A stretch of 64,000 nucleotides of DNA from Patescibacteria group bacterium (lineage in GTDB: Bacteria; Patescibacteriota; Minisyncoccia; Minisyncoccales; UBA10102): the NCBI GenBank assembly GCA_022563395.1, contig JADFNM010000001.1, positions 398,342 through 462,341 on the forward strand, given 5' to 3'. The position numbers and the translations under genes are program-made. Positions 42,229 to 49,775 of this stretch are shown here, one piece after another. The notes below the pieces were generated by a model. The model was given only the letters and a program-made list of their open reading frames with translations. It did no database searches and was not told where the DNA came from. Every line of letters begins with the position of its first letter. The stretch's first letter is position 1.

Positions 42229-43704
42229 ATGAACCAAGCCTTTATGCAATCTTGGGAGAAGACAGTTCCCCGGCTAAAAGAAATTCTCCAAAAGATGCAG
42301 GAAAAAACGATTATCGCTCTGGGTATTGCTCCCTACCCACGCATCGTTCCCGCGTTGTTCTTAAAGAACTACCAAATCTATGTCGTAAAAGATACTGCAG
42401 ACCTTGATGTTCTACGGAATTACGCTTCTATTTTCTGTCTGGAAGAAAAGTTTCCCAAGGTTGCACCAAAAATTCACTCTACGAACTACTTATTGGGGAA
42501 TTATGCGTTCCAGGCATTTTTGAAATCACGGCGGCGGCCCTTCCGTCTCATGTTCTATCAAACCACCCCTCCGATTATAAAGAAGTTGGAAGAACAGGGT
42601 CTTGATTGGATAGGAAACCGCCCAGAGGCTTTTGAAAACATGCTGCTCAAACGGGATTTTCGCGATGTGGTGCAGAGTCTTGATTTGGCGCATCTTAAAG
42701 AACTAAGAGGGGCAAAAGAAACATTTCTCTCCAAATCTTTTCAAGAAATCTTTGCTCGCTGGGACAAACCCTTTGTGGTTCAACGGGGCGACTTTGACGT
42801 AGCAGGAGAACAGGGCACCTTTTTCGTTCGCAACGAGAAAGAATGGCAGATCATGCATGATATCCTTTCTGTCGATGAACGATTCAAAGAGATTCAGGTG
42901 TCCCCGCTCGTGGAAGGCCACTCTACTTCCATAGTTGGGTGCATAACGCATCTGGGAGTACTCACCTCTCCTCTCCAGCTTCAACTCATTGACGTACCAG
43001 AAGCTTTACACAATCAGCTTCCAACCGGGGTATTTCTTGGACACGACTGGAGTTTTCGCTCATGGCCAGAACGGGTAGAGCGCGATGCGCAGACCATGAT
43101 GGAGCGAATCGGAGCCTTTCTTGCTAATCAAGGATTTCGAGGAATTTTTGGCGTTGACTTTATTTACGACACAGTAAAAGAAGAAATCTTCCCCCTAGAA
43201 TGCAACCCCCGCTTTACGGGAGCACTTCCCATGTATTCTTTAATGGTCATGGCTCAAAACCAGGTTCCCCCCATGGAGTTCTTCCACCTCATGGCACACC
43301 TCAACATCCAAGAACCCTTTGACTTTGAAAAAGTAAATGAGCAGCTCAAAAACAGACTTCCCATTGCGCACATATCCCTTGCCCCCAAGGGCGTATATGA
43401 AATGAAGCTGCCTTTGGGAAGCGGCATCTACTCTTGGTCCCCCGAAACCAAAGAGCTCACGTTTGAACGCCAGGGAGCTTTTCCCTGGGAGCTCAAGAGC
43501 GACTCTGAGTTTATCATGATAGATTCAGTTCCACGCATGGGTGGGCGCATCATTCAAAACGTTCCTCGCTTGTACAAACTCATCTTTGCCCGCCCCATCG
43601 CAACCTCTTCTTTCTCGGTACAAAAAGATATTGCAAGTCTTTTGCAGAATCTCTCTGGAGCTTTGCGAAAAGACCAGTCCGAGCCGAAAGAGGAAACAGC
43701 ATGA
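42229..43704 (+). CDS. ATP-grasp domain protein (substrate unknown)
   Basis: 491 aa with GIFGVDFIYD..EIFPLECNPRFTG (the Mg-ATP binding C-terminal subdomain of the ATP-grasp fold). TATACT lies 6 nt before the ATG. Confidence 0.7.
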   Translation: MNQAFMQSWEKTVPRLKEILQKMQEKTIIALGIAPYPRIVPALFLKNYQIYVVKDTADLDVLRNYASIFCLEEKFPKVAPKIHSTNYLLGNYAFQAFLKSRRRPFRLMFYQTTPPIIKKLEEQGLDWIGNRPEAFENMLLKRDFRDVVQSLDLAHLKELRGAKETFLSKSFQEIFARWDKPFVVQRGDFDVAGEQGTFFVRNEKEWQIMHDILSVDERFKEIQVSPLVEGHSTSIVGCITHLGVLTSPLQLQLIDVPEALHNQLPTGVFLGHDWSFRSWPERVERDAQTMMERIGAFLANQGFRGIFGVDFIYDTVKEEIFPLECNPRFTGALPMYSLMVMAQNQVPPMEFFHLMAHLNIQEPFDFEKVNEQLKNRLPIAHISLAPKGVYEMKLPLGSGIYSWSPETKELTFERQGAFPWELKSDSEFIMIDSVPRMGGRIIQNVPRLYKLIFARPIATSSFSVQKDIASLLQNLSGALRKDQSEPKEETA

Positions 43705-43812
43705 GAAGGCAAACAAGAGTTTTAGGATAACGCATACATGAACTACTTGACGAAACTTATAAAGTATGGTAAGAACTTGGTAGCGAAGCTCGGCAACACC
43801 AAGGAGGAAGAC

Positions 43813-44259
43813 ATGCCGCGTACCTTTGTATTCGGATACGGGAGTCTTCTCAGCGAGAATAATCTCCAGGGCACTCTTCCCGGCAAGAAGCACGCTGGAT
43901 GGGCAGACCTCCAGGACTACCAACGAGTCTTCAACAAGGCCGGCCTCGAGCACGCCTACCTCAACATCAGAAAAGAGGAGGGCAGCGTGGTCCGTGGGGT
44001 GCTCGTGGAGGTGAACCCATCGGAGCTGGCACGCCTCGCACAGCGGGAACAAGGATATGAGCTGGTCGACGTGACCGACTACATTTCCCCAGTCCCCGAG
44101 GACGCCCAGGTACTTACCTTCATCGCGCCAGGCTTGGAGTCCATGCCGGTGCGGGGCAGCTACCTCAAGCGTGTGCTGGAAGGAGTACCCAAGGAGGAGC
44201 ACGACCGATGGATAGCGGAAACCGACTTTCAGGGTCGTAAAATCGACGAGAGTTCCTAA
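43813..44259 (+). CDS. gamma-glutamylcyclotransferase-like (GGCT/AIG2 family) protein, GC-rich
   Basis: MPRTFVFGYGSLL (the YGSL motif at the N-terminus). The start is set at ATG 43813, 5 nt after AAGGAGGA. The AT-rich 25 codons upstream in the track ORF are probably not coding. Confidence 0.65.
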   Translation: MPRTFVFGYGSLLSENNLQGTLPGKKHAGWADLQDYQRVFNKAGLEHAYLNIRKEEGSVVRGVLVEVNPSELARLAQREQGYELVDVTDYISPVPEDAQVLTFIAPGLESMPVRGSYLKRVLEGVPKEEHDRWIAETDFQGRKIDESS

Positions 44260-44267
44260 GCCGCCAG

Positions 44268-44320
44268 AACCCCCATACACCTTTGCCGTGGCGCGAATGG
44301 GTACGGGGGTTATTCTTTTC
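44268..44320 (+). terminator. rho-independent terminator after the GGCT-like gene
   Basis: AACCCCCATAC..GTACGGGGGTT followed by ATTCTTTTC. Confidence 0.65.
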
Positions 44321-44322
44321 CC

Positions 44323-44350
44323 TTGAAATTCAACCCTATTTTGATATACT
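44323..44350 (+). promoter_or_regulatory. putative ftsH promoter TTGAAA-16 nt-TGaTATACT
   Basis: Extended -10 TG at 44342-44343 and TATACT at 44345-44350. The word TATACTAACC recurs at 42217-42226. Confidence 0.45.
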
Positions 44351-44365
44351 AACCCCACGGTCACA

Positions 44366-44434
44366 CAGTTTCCCCCGACCCCCCTTCTTTTCAAAACCCT
44401 CGGTTTTGAATAATTTCCTACACGGGGGAAACTG
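44366..44434 (+). promoter_or_regulatory. 69-nt stem-loop in the ftsH 5' leader
   Basis: CAGTTTCCCCCG (44366-44377) pairs perfectly with CGGGGGAAACTG (44423-44434). An inner small hairpin is AAAACC-ctc-GGTTTT. Confidence 0.35.
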
Positions 44435-44458
44435 AAATTTCACACAATAAAATTTACG

Positions 44459-46297
44459 ATGAAAAACCTAGGCAAAAACCTTTTCTTTGTCATCCTGATC
44501 TTCTTAGCAATCTCGGTTTTGTTTGCTGCGTTTGCTAAACCCTTTGAGCAAAAGGACGTCATTTCCTTGACGCAACTGGTCGCAGATATTGAGGCAGGAA
44601 GCATAGAAAAGGTAAGCGTTACAACAGGTGAACTGAACATTACCTATAAAGAAGAGGGAGTTGAGAAAACCTCAATGAAAGAGCAGGACGCAGCTCTTAG
44701 CGAAACCCTGCTTAACCTTGGCCTTTCAAGGGAAGCCCTGGCAGGGGTAGAAATTGAGACCAAAAAAGAGACCGGCATTTTAATCTGGCTGGCTCCTTTA
44801 TCTTTTATCCTTCTTCCCCTTCTATTGTTTGCTTTCTTCTTCTTCTTTATCTTCCGTCAAGCAAAAGCAGGATTGGGCCAGGCCTTTGACTTTACCAGGG
44901 CAAAAGCGCGGCTGTTTGGCGCTGAAGGAACGAGCAAGGAACGCATCACCTTCAAAGATGTTGCGGGGTTAAAAGAAGCAAAAGAAGAACTCAATGAAGT
45001 TGTGGACTTTTTAAAAAACCCTAGAAAGTACCTGCAGATGGGGGCTAAAATCCCACGAGGTGTTCTCTTGATTGGTCCCCCGGGCACAGGAAAAACCTTG
45101 CTGGCAAGAGCCGTGGCAAACGAGGCCGGCGTTCCCTTCTTTTCTGCTTCTGGGTCTGAGTTCATTGAAATGTTTGTGGGAGTTGGTTCCTCGAGAGTAA
45201 GAGATCTTTTCTCCACAGCAAAAAAGGCAGGACGCAGCATTATCTTTATTGACGAGCTGGACGCCATTGGCAGGCAGCGGGGATTCGGGTTTGGGGGAGG
45301 ACATGACGAACGAGAACAAACCTTAAACCAGATTTTAGTGGAGATGGACGGTTTTGAAAGGGATTCCACCACCATTGTGATTGCTGCCACCAACAGGCCA
45401 GACGTGCTGGACCCGGCTTTGTTGCGTCCCGGAAGGTTTGACCGGAGAATCATGCTTGACTTGCCAGATATTAATGACCGGGAGGCAATCTTGAAAATTC
45501 ACGGCAGGGGAAAGCCTTTGGCTCAAAACACCAACTTAAGAGAGGTAGCTGAACGCACTCCAGGGTTTGCGGGAGCCGATTTGGAAAACTTAATGAATGA
45601 GGCTGCCATCTTTGCTGCACGCAGAAACAAACTGCAAATTAGCCAGGAAGAACTGCTGGAATCCATTGACAAGGTGCTCTTGGGCCCCGAACGAAAGAGC
45701 CATGTCTTGAGCAAAAAAGAAAAGGAGATTACCGCCTTTCATGAAGCAGGCCATGCTTTGGTAGCTTCCTTAGTTCCTCATGGAGATCCGGTACGCAAGG
45801 TTTCCATTATTTCCCGGGGAAGAGCAGGAGGATATACTTTAAAACTTCCAAGCGAGGAGAAACACTTAAAAACCAAGGCAGAGTTTCTCTCAGACTTAGC
45901 GGTGCTGCTCGGTGGGTATGCAGCAGAACGACTCAAGTTTAAAGAAATTACCACCGGGTCCTCCAATGATTTGGAAAAGGCAACTGAAATTGCGCGCTCT
46001 CTGATAAAACAGTTCGGCATGTCAGAAAAGCTCGGCCCTGTCACCTTTGGGGAGCGCGACGATACAATAATGTTTCTGGGAAGAAGGGGGCCCGAAACCC
46101 AGAACTATTCAGAAAAGGTAGCAGAGGAGATAGACAAAGAAGTGGCAAAACTCTTAGAAAATGCCAGAAAGACTGCAGAAAAAATCCTGAGAAAAAAGAA
46201 AGCAACCCTTGAAAAGATAGCCAGGATTCTGATAGAAAAGGAGACGATAGAACGGGAAGAGTTTGAGAAAATAGTAGGCAAGAAACAAAGGAAATAA
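44459..46297 (+). CDS. ftsH: ATP-dependent zinc metalloprotease FtsH
   Basis: 612 aa with two N-terminal TMs, the AAA+ Walker A (GPPGTGKT), SRH, and the HEAGHA zinc site. Confidence 0.95.
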   Translation: MKNLGKNLFFVILIFLAISVLFAAFAKPFEQKDVISLTQLVADIEAGSIEKVSVTTGELNITYKEEGVEKTSMKEQDAALSETLLNLGLSREALAGVEIETKKETGILIWLAPLSFILLPLLLFAFFFFFIFRQAKAGLGQAFDFTRAKARLFGAEGTSKERITFKDVAGLKEAKEELNEVVDFLKNPRKYLQMGAKIPRGVLLIGPPGTGKTLLARAVANEAGVPFFSASGSEFIEMFVGVGSSRVRDLFSTAKKAGRSIIFIDELDAIGRQRGFGFGGGHDEREQTLNQILVEMDGFERDSTTIVIAATNRPDVLDPALLRPGRFDRRIMLDLPDINDREAILKIHGRGKPLAQNTNLREVAERTPGFAGADLENLMNEAAIFAARRNKLQISQEELLESIDKVLLGPERKSHVLSKKEKEITAFHEAGHALVASLVPHGDPVRKVSIISRGRAGGYTLKLPSEEKHLKTKAEFLSDLAVLLGGYAAERLKFKEITTGSSNDLEKATEIARSLIKQFGMSEKLGPVTFGERDDTIMFLGRRGPETQNYSEKVAEEIDKEVAKLLENARKTAEKILRKKKATLEKIARILIEKETIEREEFEKIVGKKQRK

Positions 46298-46306
46298 CGG
46301 ATATTC

Positions 46307-46323
46307 CCTTAATGAAATTAAGG
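46307..46323. repeat. AT palindrome CCTTAATGAAATTAAGG
   Basis: It lies between the ftsH stop and tRNA-Ile. Identical copies occur at 58651-58667. Confidence 0.85.
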
Positions 46324-46327
46324 ATGA

Positions 46328-46400
46328 GGGCACGTAGCTCAATGGTTAGAGCACCAAGCTTATACCTTGGCGGTTCCTGGTTCGAGTCCAGGCGTGCCCA
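46328..46400 (+). tRNA. tRNA-Ile(TAT)
   Basis: Acceptor GGGCACG/CGTGCCC, anticodon arm CCAAG-CTTATAC-CTTGG (anticodon UAU), T-loop TTCGAGT. Confidence 0.85.
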
Positions 46401-46413
46401 CTAGTATAATCCT

Positions 46414-46490
46414 GGGCGGTTAGCTCATTTGGTTAGAGCGTCACATTGACATTGTGAAGGTGACAGGTTCGATCCCTGTACCGCCCACCA
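46414..46490 (+). tRNA. tRNA-Val(GAC)
   Basis: Acceptor GGGCGGT/ACCGCCC, anticodon arm TCACA-TTGACAT-TGTGA, CCA encoded. Confidence 0.9.
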
Positions 46491-47131
46491 TGAGCTTGAA
46501 TATTCTCTTTGAAAATGCTACACTCCAGGTTGTAGACAAACCTGCTGGCATTGATATTGAGGGAATACAGAAACTCTTGCCAGAAGGTTTTTCTCCAGCG
46601 CACCGCTTAGACAAAGACACATCGGGAGTACTCTTGGTGGCAAAAACAAGAGATGCTCTCGAGTACTTTAGAGGACAGTTCCAAACAAGAAAGATACAAA
46701 AAACCTACCTTTGTTTAGTACAAGGCAATGTAAGAAAAGAACAAGGAGAGATTGAAGCACTGTTGGGGAGATCCCCAAACGACCGCAGAAAACAAAAAGT
46801 GTTCTTGCCGGGGGAACCTGGGGCTGAAGGAAAACGGGAAGCCAGCAGCAAATACCGGGTACTCAAACAATATCAAGGATATGCCTTCTTAGAGGTAAAA
46901 CCCAAGACAGGGAGAAAGCATCAGATCAGGATACATCTCAGCCACCTTGGCCATCCCATTGCAGGAGATAGGCTCTATGGATTTAAAGGCCAACAGGTTC
47001 CAAAAGGACTCAACAGACAATTCCTTCATGCGCACTCATTGCAGCTCACCATGCCAGATGGGACTACCAAAGAATTCACGTCAGAATTATCAGAGGATTT
47101 ACAAGAAGTTCTCATGAAACTTAAAACATGA
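46490..47131 (+). CDS. RluA-family pseudouridine synthase (no S4 domain)
   Basis: [16 protein letters not shown] and [24 protein letters not shown]. The ATG at 46490 shares its A with the CCA end of tRNA-Val. Confidence 0.85.
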   Translation: MSLNILFENATLQVVDKPAGIDIEGIQKLLPEGFSPAHRLDKDTSGVLLVAKTRDALEYFRGQFQTRKIQKTYLCLVQGNVRKEQGEIEALLGRSPNDRRKQKVFLPGEPGAEGKREASSKYRVLKQYQGYAFLEVKPKTGRKHQIRIHLSHLGHPIAGDRLYGFKGQQVPKGLNRQFLHAHSLQLTMPDGTTKEFTSELSEDLQEVLMKLKT

Positions 47132-47186
47132 AACGCGAAACCTTATTTTTATGTTTCACGCTTCACGTTGCATGCTTCAAGACATT

Positions 47187-47630
47187 ATGACCACAAAGCT
47201 AGAAGCAGTAGCGAATATGACACTAAAACAAAACGTGCCCGACGTTCGACCAGGCGACGTGATTCGGGTACACCAAAAAATCAAGGAAGGGGGCAAAGAA
47301 AGAATCCAGGTATTTGAGGGTATAGTGCTTGCCAAAAAGCATGGCAAGGGAATCACGAGCACCGTTACCGTAAGAAAGATAACCCAGGGCGTTGGGGTTG
47401 AGCGAATCTTCCCTTTGCACTCACCCTTGATTGACAAAATTGAGATTGTACGAAGGTCTAAGGTAAGAAGAGCAAAGCTTTATTACCTACGGGAAGCTAA
47501 AGGAAGAAAGGCGCGGCTCAAAGCAAAAGCTTTCAATCTGGAAGTCCCAGAAAAGGAACCCCAGAAAGAAGTGCCAGCACCAAAAGAACCTGTCGAGGAA
47601 CAATCTGCTGAAGAAGAGAAAGCTGCTTAA
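47187..47630 (+). CDS. rplS: 50S ribosomal protein L19 with acidic C-terminal extension
   Basis: [59 protein letters not shown]. The start is uncertain (47151-47187). Confidence 0.9.
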   Translation: MTTKLEAVANMTLKQNVPDVRPGDVIRVHQKIKEGGKERIQVFEGIVLAKKHGKGITSTVTVRKITQGVGVERIFPLHSPLIDKIEIVRRSKVRRAKLYYLREAKGRKARLKAKAFNLEVPEKEPQKEVPAPKEPVEEQSAEEEKAA

Positions 47631-47635
47631 CATTT

Positions 47636-47723
47636 GCGGACGTGGTGGAATTGGCGAGACACGCAAGCTTGAGGGGCTTGTGGGAGCAATCCCGTGGAGG
47701 TTCGAGTCCTCTCGTCCGCACCA
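47636..47723 (+). tRNA. tRNA-Leu(GAG)
   Basis: Acceptor GCGGACG/CGTCCGC, anticodon arm CAAGC-TTGAGGG-GCTTG, long variable arm, CCA encoded. Confidence 0.9.
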
Positions 47724-47731
47724 TTTCGAAG

Positions 47732-47806
47732 GGGCAGCTAGCTCAACGGTAGAGCATCGCGTTTACATCGCGGGGGTTACGGGTTCAAATCCTGTGCTGC
47801 CCACCA
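47732..47806 (+). tRNA. tRNA-Val(TAC)
   Basis: Acceptor GGGCAGC/GCTGCCC, anticodon arm TCGCG-TTTACAT-CGCGG, CCA encoded. Confidence 0.9.
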
Positions 47807-47811
47807 AAAGC

Positions 47812-48225
47812 ATGGGACAAAACGATCAAATCTTCTACGTCGGCTTGAAAGCTTTTATTGCCGATGGAGAAAAACTTCTCATCGTCCAGGACCAAGATGG
47901 ACAGTGGGAGTTGCCGGGTGGTAAAGTTCAGATTGAGGAAGATGTAGCAGCTGCATTAAGCCGAGAAGTAAGAGAGGAGATTGGAGAGAGTGCAGACATT
48001 GAAATCGGCTCTGCGTTTCATGCGTGGATACGACAACCACACCCGGACCTAAAGTTCCTTCTGTTTTTGGTAGGTTTCCGTTGTTTCTGGAAAAGAGGTG
48101 AAATCTCGATAAGCCCTGAACACAAGAACTTTCGCTGGATTACCAAAGAAGAAGTTGATAGCATAGGCTTTGAAAATACGTATAAAGATGCTATAAAGTA
48201 TTATTTCCAGAGCCTTGAAAAATAA
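47812..48225 (+). CDS. NUDIX hydrolase
   Basis: Nudix box GGKVQIEEDVAAALSREVREEIGE. The start is trimmed to ATG 47812 because the upstream part of the track ORF is two tRNAs. Confidence 0.85.
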   Translation: MGQNDQIFYVGLKAFIADGEKLLIVQDQDGQWELPGGKVQIEEDVAAALSREVREEIGESADIEIGSAFHAWIRQPHPDLKFLLFLVGFRCFWKRGEISISPEHKNFRWITKEEVDSIGFENTYKDAIKYYFQSLEK

Positions 48226-48229
48226 ATAT

Positions 48230-48301
48230 GCCGCGGTAGCTCAGTGGTAGAGCAGTGGCTTGAAGAGCCTCGTGTCGAGTGTTCAATTCACTCCCGCGGC
48301 A
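48230..48301 (+). tRNA. tRNA-Phe(GAA)
   Basis: Acceptor GCCGCGG/CCGCGGC, anticodon loop TTGAAGA (one T-T mismatch in the stem), T arm GAGTG-TTCAATT-CACTC. Confidence 0.85.
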
Positions 48302-48399
48302 CAAAGTCCAGCCTTCGCTGTCTTCTTTGCGGGTCTTGCCCGCGCGCCGTCGCCAAAGCTATGGCGGCGTGCGACCGAAGCCAGCTACGGCTGGCGAAG
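48302..48399 (+). repeat. GC-rich multi-hairpin spacer between tRNA-Phe and tRNA-Gly
   Basis: The closing stem GCCTTCGC (48311-18)/GCGAAGGC (48394-401) encloses hairpins GCGGG-tcttg-CCCGC, CGCCG..CGGCG and GCCAGC-tacg-GCTGGC. It is homologous to 57732-57790. Confidence 0.7.
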
Positions 48400-48474
48400 G
48401 CGGGCGTGGTATAGTGGCTATTATGAGTCGTTGCCAACGACTAGACGGCAGTTCGATTCTGCTCGCCCGCTCCA
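48400..48474 (+). tRNA. tRNA-Gly(GCC)
   Basis: Acceptor GCGGGCG/CGCCCGC, anticodon arm AGTCG-TTGCCAA-CGACT, CCA encoded. Confidence 0.9.
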
Positions 48475-48484
48475 AAAGCAAAAT

Positions 48485-48510
48485 CGCCCCAGAAGGGGCG
48501 GTTTTGTGTT
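48485..48510 (+). terminator. rho-independent terminator after the tRNA cluster
   Basis: CGCCCC-agaa-GGGGCG followed by GTTTTGTGTT. Confidence 0.7.
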
Positions 48511-48513
48511 CCT

Positions 48514-49080
48514 TCAATATCTCCTTAATGAGATTAAGGATTCCTTAATTTCATTAAGGAAAAATTGCTTTCTATGCAACACCGCAAGGGCAAGTTCGTA
48601 TGCTCCAACAAACACTCCGACAAAGAAGAGGTCTCCCAGTAGAGTATATTTCAAGAAGGGGAGACCCATTGTATAAGAAAGCATAAGACCTTCTAGGGTT
48701 GGGGCGTACAAAGGAGAAAAAGCCCACACGGCAAAGTTGGTGAAGAGATAAAAGAGAAACGATCCTGCCAGGGTTGCCAGTGTTATGGTTCCAAGGTTCT
48801 TTCTGCCTTTGATAAGCAGGCCAAAGATACCATAGAACAGAAAGCTTCCGTACACCACAAGCATTAACTTTACATCATAAAACCCAATGACAAGGTCAGC
48901 CAAAAACATCACGGCCAATGGGAGGACAAGGGCCCACCTGCTTTTTCTGGCAAGATATATGCCGGCAAACAAAGCCAAAGCACCTACCGGAGTAAAGTTT
49001 GGGGGGTGAGGAATCAGGCGCCCTGCCAAAGCAATTCCTAGGGCAGCCAACAAAAATCCAATAAGAAGATGCCGCTTCAT
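48514..49080 (-). CDS. polytopic membrane protein, DUF6580-like putative transporter (family assignment from memory)
   Basis: 188 aa with 5-6 TMs and N-terminal LIPHPPNFTPVGALALFAGIY. The last ~15 codons read through AT palindromes at 48523-48559. Confidence 0.55.
   Translation of the reverse strand: MKRHLLIGFLLAALGIALAGRLIPHPPNFTPVGALALFAGIYLARKSRWALVLPLAVMFLADLVIGFYDVKLMLVVYGSFLFYGIFGLLIKGRKNLGTITLATLAGSFLFYLFTNFAVWAFSPLYAPTLEGLMLSYTMGLPFLKYTLLGDLFFVGVFVGAYELALAVLHRKQFFLNEIKESLISLRRY
48523..48559. repeat. paired AT palindromes CCTTAATGAGATTAAGG-att-CCTTAATTTCATTAAGG
   Basis: They overlap the 3' coding end of ORF 48514-49080. Confidence 0.85.
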
Positions 49081-49082
49081 TG

Positions 49083-49622
49083 CTATTTGTATGTTGGTTT
49101 CTTTTCTCTGATTTTACCTTCTGAAATCTCAAGTCTCGCTAAAGCATACAGGTAGCTGGAGAGCCGGTTCAGGTAAGTTATAAGCTCTTGTGGAAGTTTG
49201 TGTTTTTTGTTGAGCTTTACTGCTGATCTCTCTGCGCGGCGTGCTACCGCCCTGGCATAGTCCAGCCACGAGGCCTGCTCATTTTCTCCTGGAATGATGA
49301 ACCCACGTTCTGGCTTTATCTTCTTCTCCATCCCGTCAATCTCTTGTTCCATCTTTCGAATCTTACCTTTTGTCATCTGAGGACTTTCAAACTTTTTAAA
49401 CATCAACCAGGCTATTCTTGCCTGGATAATAAACAGGTTTTCCTGTACCAAAAAAAGCTTTTTTTGCAATTCTTTCTTTGCGGTGCTGCGAATAAGCCCC
49501 AGTAGAGAGTTTAACTCATCTAAATCACCCAGCACTTCTAAGATGGGAGAATCCTTGGGATATTTCTTTTTTCCAACAAGAGACGAACCTTTGTCTCCCT
49601 TTCCGGTATAAAATAATGCCAT
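49083..49622 (-). CDS. ATP:cob(I)alamin adenosyltransferase, PduO/MMAB type
   Basis: YTGKGDKGSS, GDLDELNSLLG and a four-helix-bundle length of 179 aa. Confidence 0.85.
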   Translation of the reverse strand: MALFYTGKGDKGSSLVGKKKYPKDSPILEVLGDLDELNSLLGLIRSTAKKELQKKLFLVQENLFIIQARIAWLMFKKFESPQMTKGKIRKMEQEIDGMEKKIKPERGFIIPGENEQASWLDYARAVARRAERSAVKLNKKHKLPQELITYLNRLSSYLYALARLEISEGKIREKKPTYK

Positions 49623-49637
49623 ATCTTAAAAGAGCGA

Positions 49638-49770
49638 GGCAACAAATTAACAAAATAGCTCTCGGAGGCAGTTTTGCATGGTCCGTTAACGAGGCGGAAA
49701 ACTGCCGAGAGCGCAGATTGCCCCGCCGTACTGGAGGCGGGGACAATCGATATTTTGGAACTTTGTTGCC
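49638..49770 (-). promoter_or_regulatory. 133-nt closed multi-helix structure filling the nrdJ-adenosyltransferase spacer (candidate cis-regulatory RNA or complex terminator)
   Basis: In minus-strand sense, outer stem GGCAACAAA/TTTGTTGCC encloses CCCCGCC-tccagtac-GGCGGGG and the long stem CTCTCGGCAGTTTT..AAAACTGCC(tc)CGAGAG. It ends about 15 nt before the ATG. Confidence 0.35.
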
Positions 49771-49775
49771 AAGCC

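Noticed and set aside
43525-44394. 289-aa minus-strand ORF opposite the ATP-grasp 3' end and the GGCT-like gene.
   Set aside because: This is the same GC-driven artefact. It runs through a plus-strand terminator and has no recognisable motifs.
48260-48676. 138-aa and 89-aa ORFs spanning tRNA-Phe, the GC-rich spacer and tRNA-Gly.
   Set aside because: They read through two well-folded tRNA genes and a palindromic spacer.
49638-49770. Calling the structured spacer a cobalamin riboswitch.
   Set aside because: I could not find the B12 box (AGYCMGGAGACCKGCC-like) or the GCCACTG core on either strand. It is kept only as an unclassified structure.
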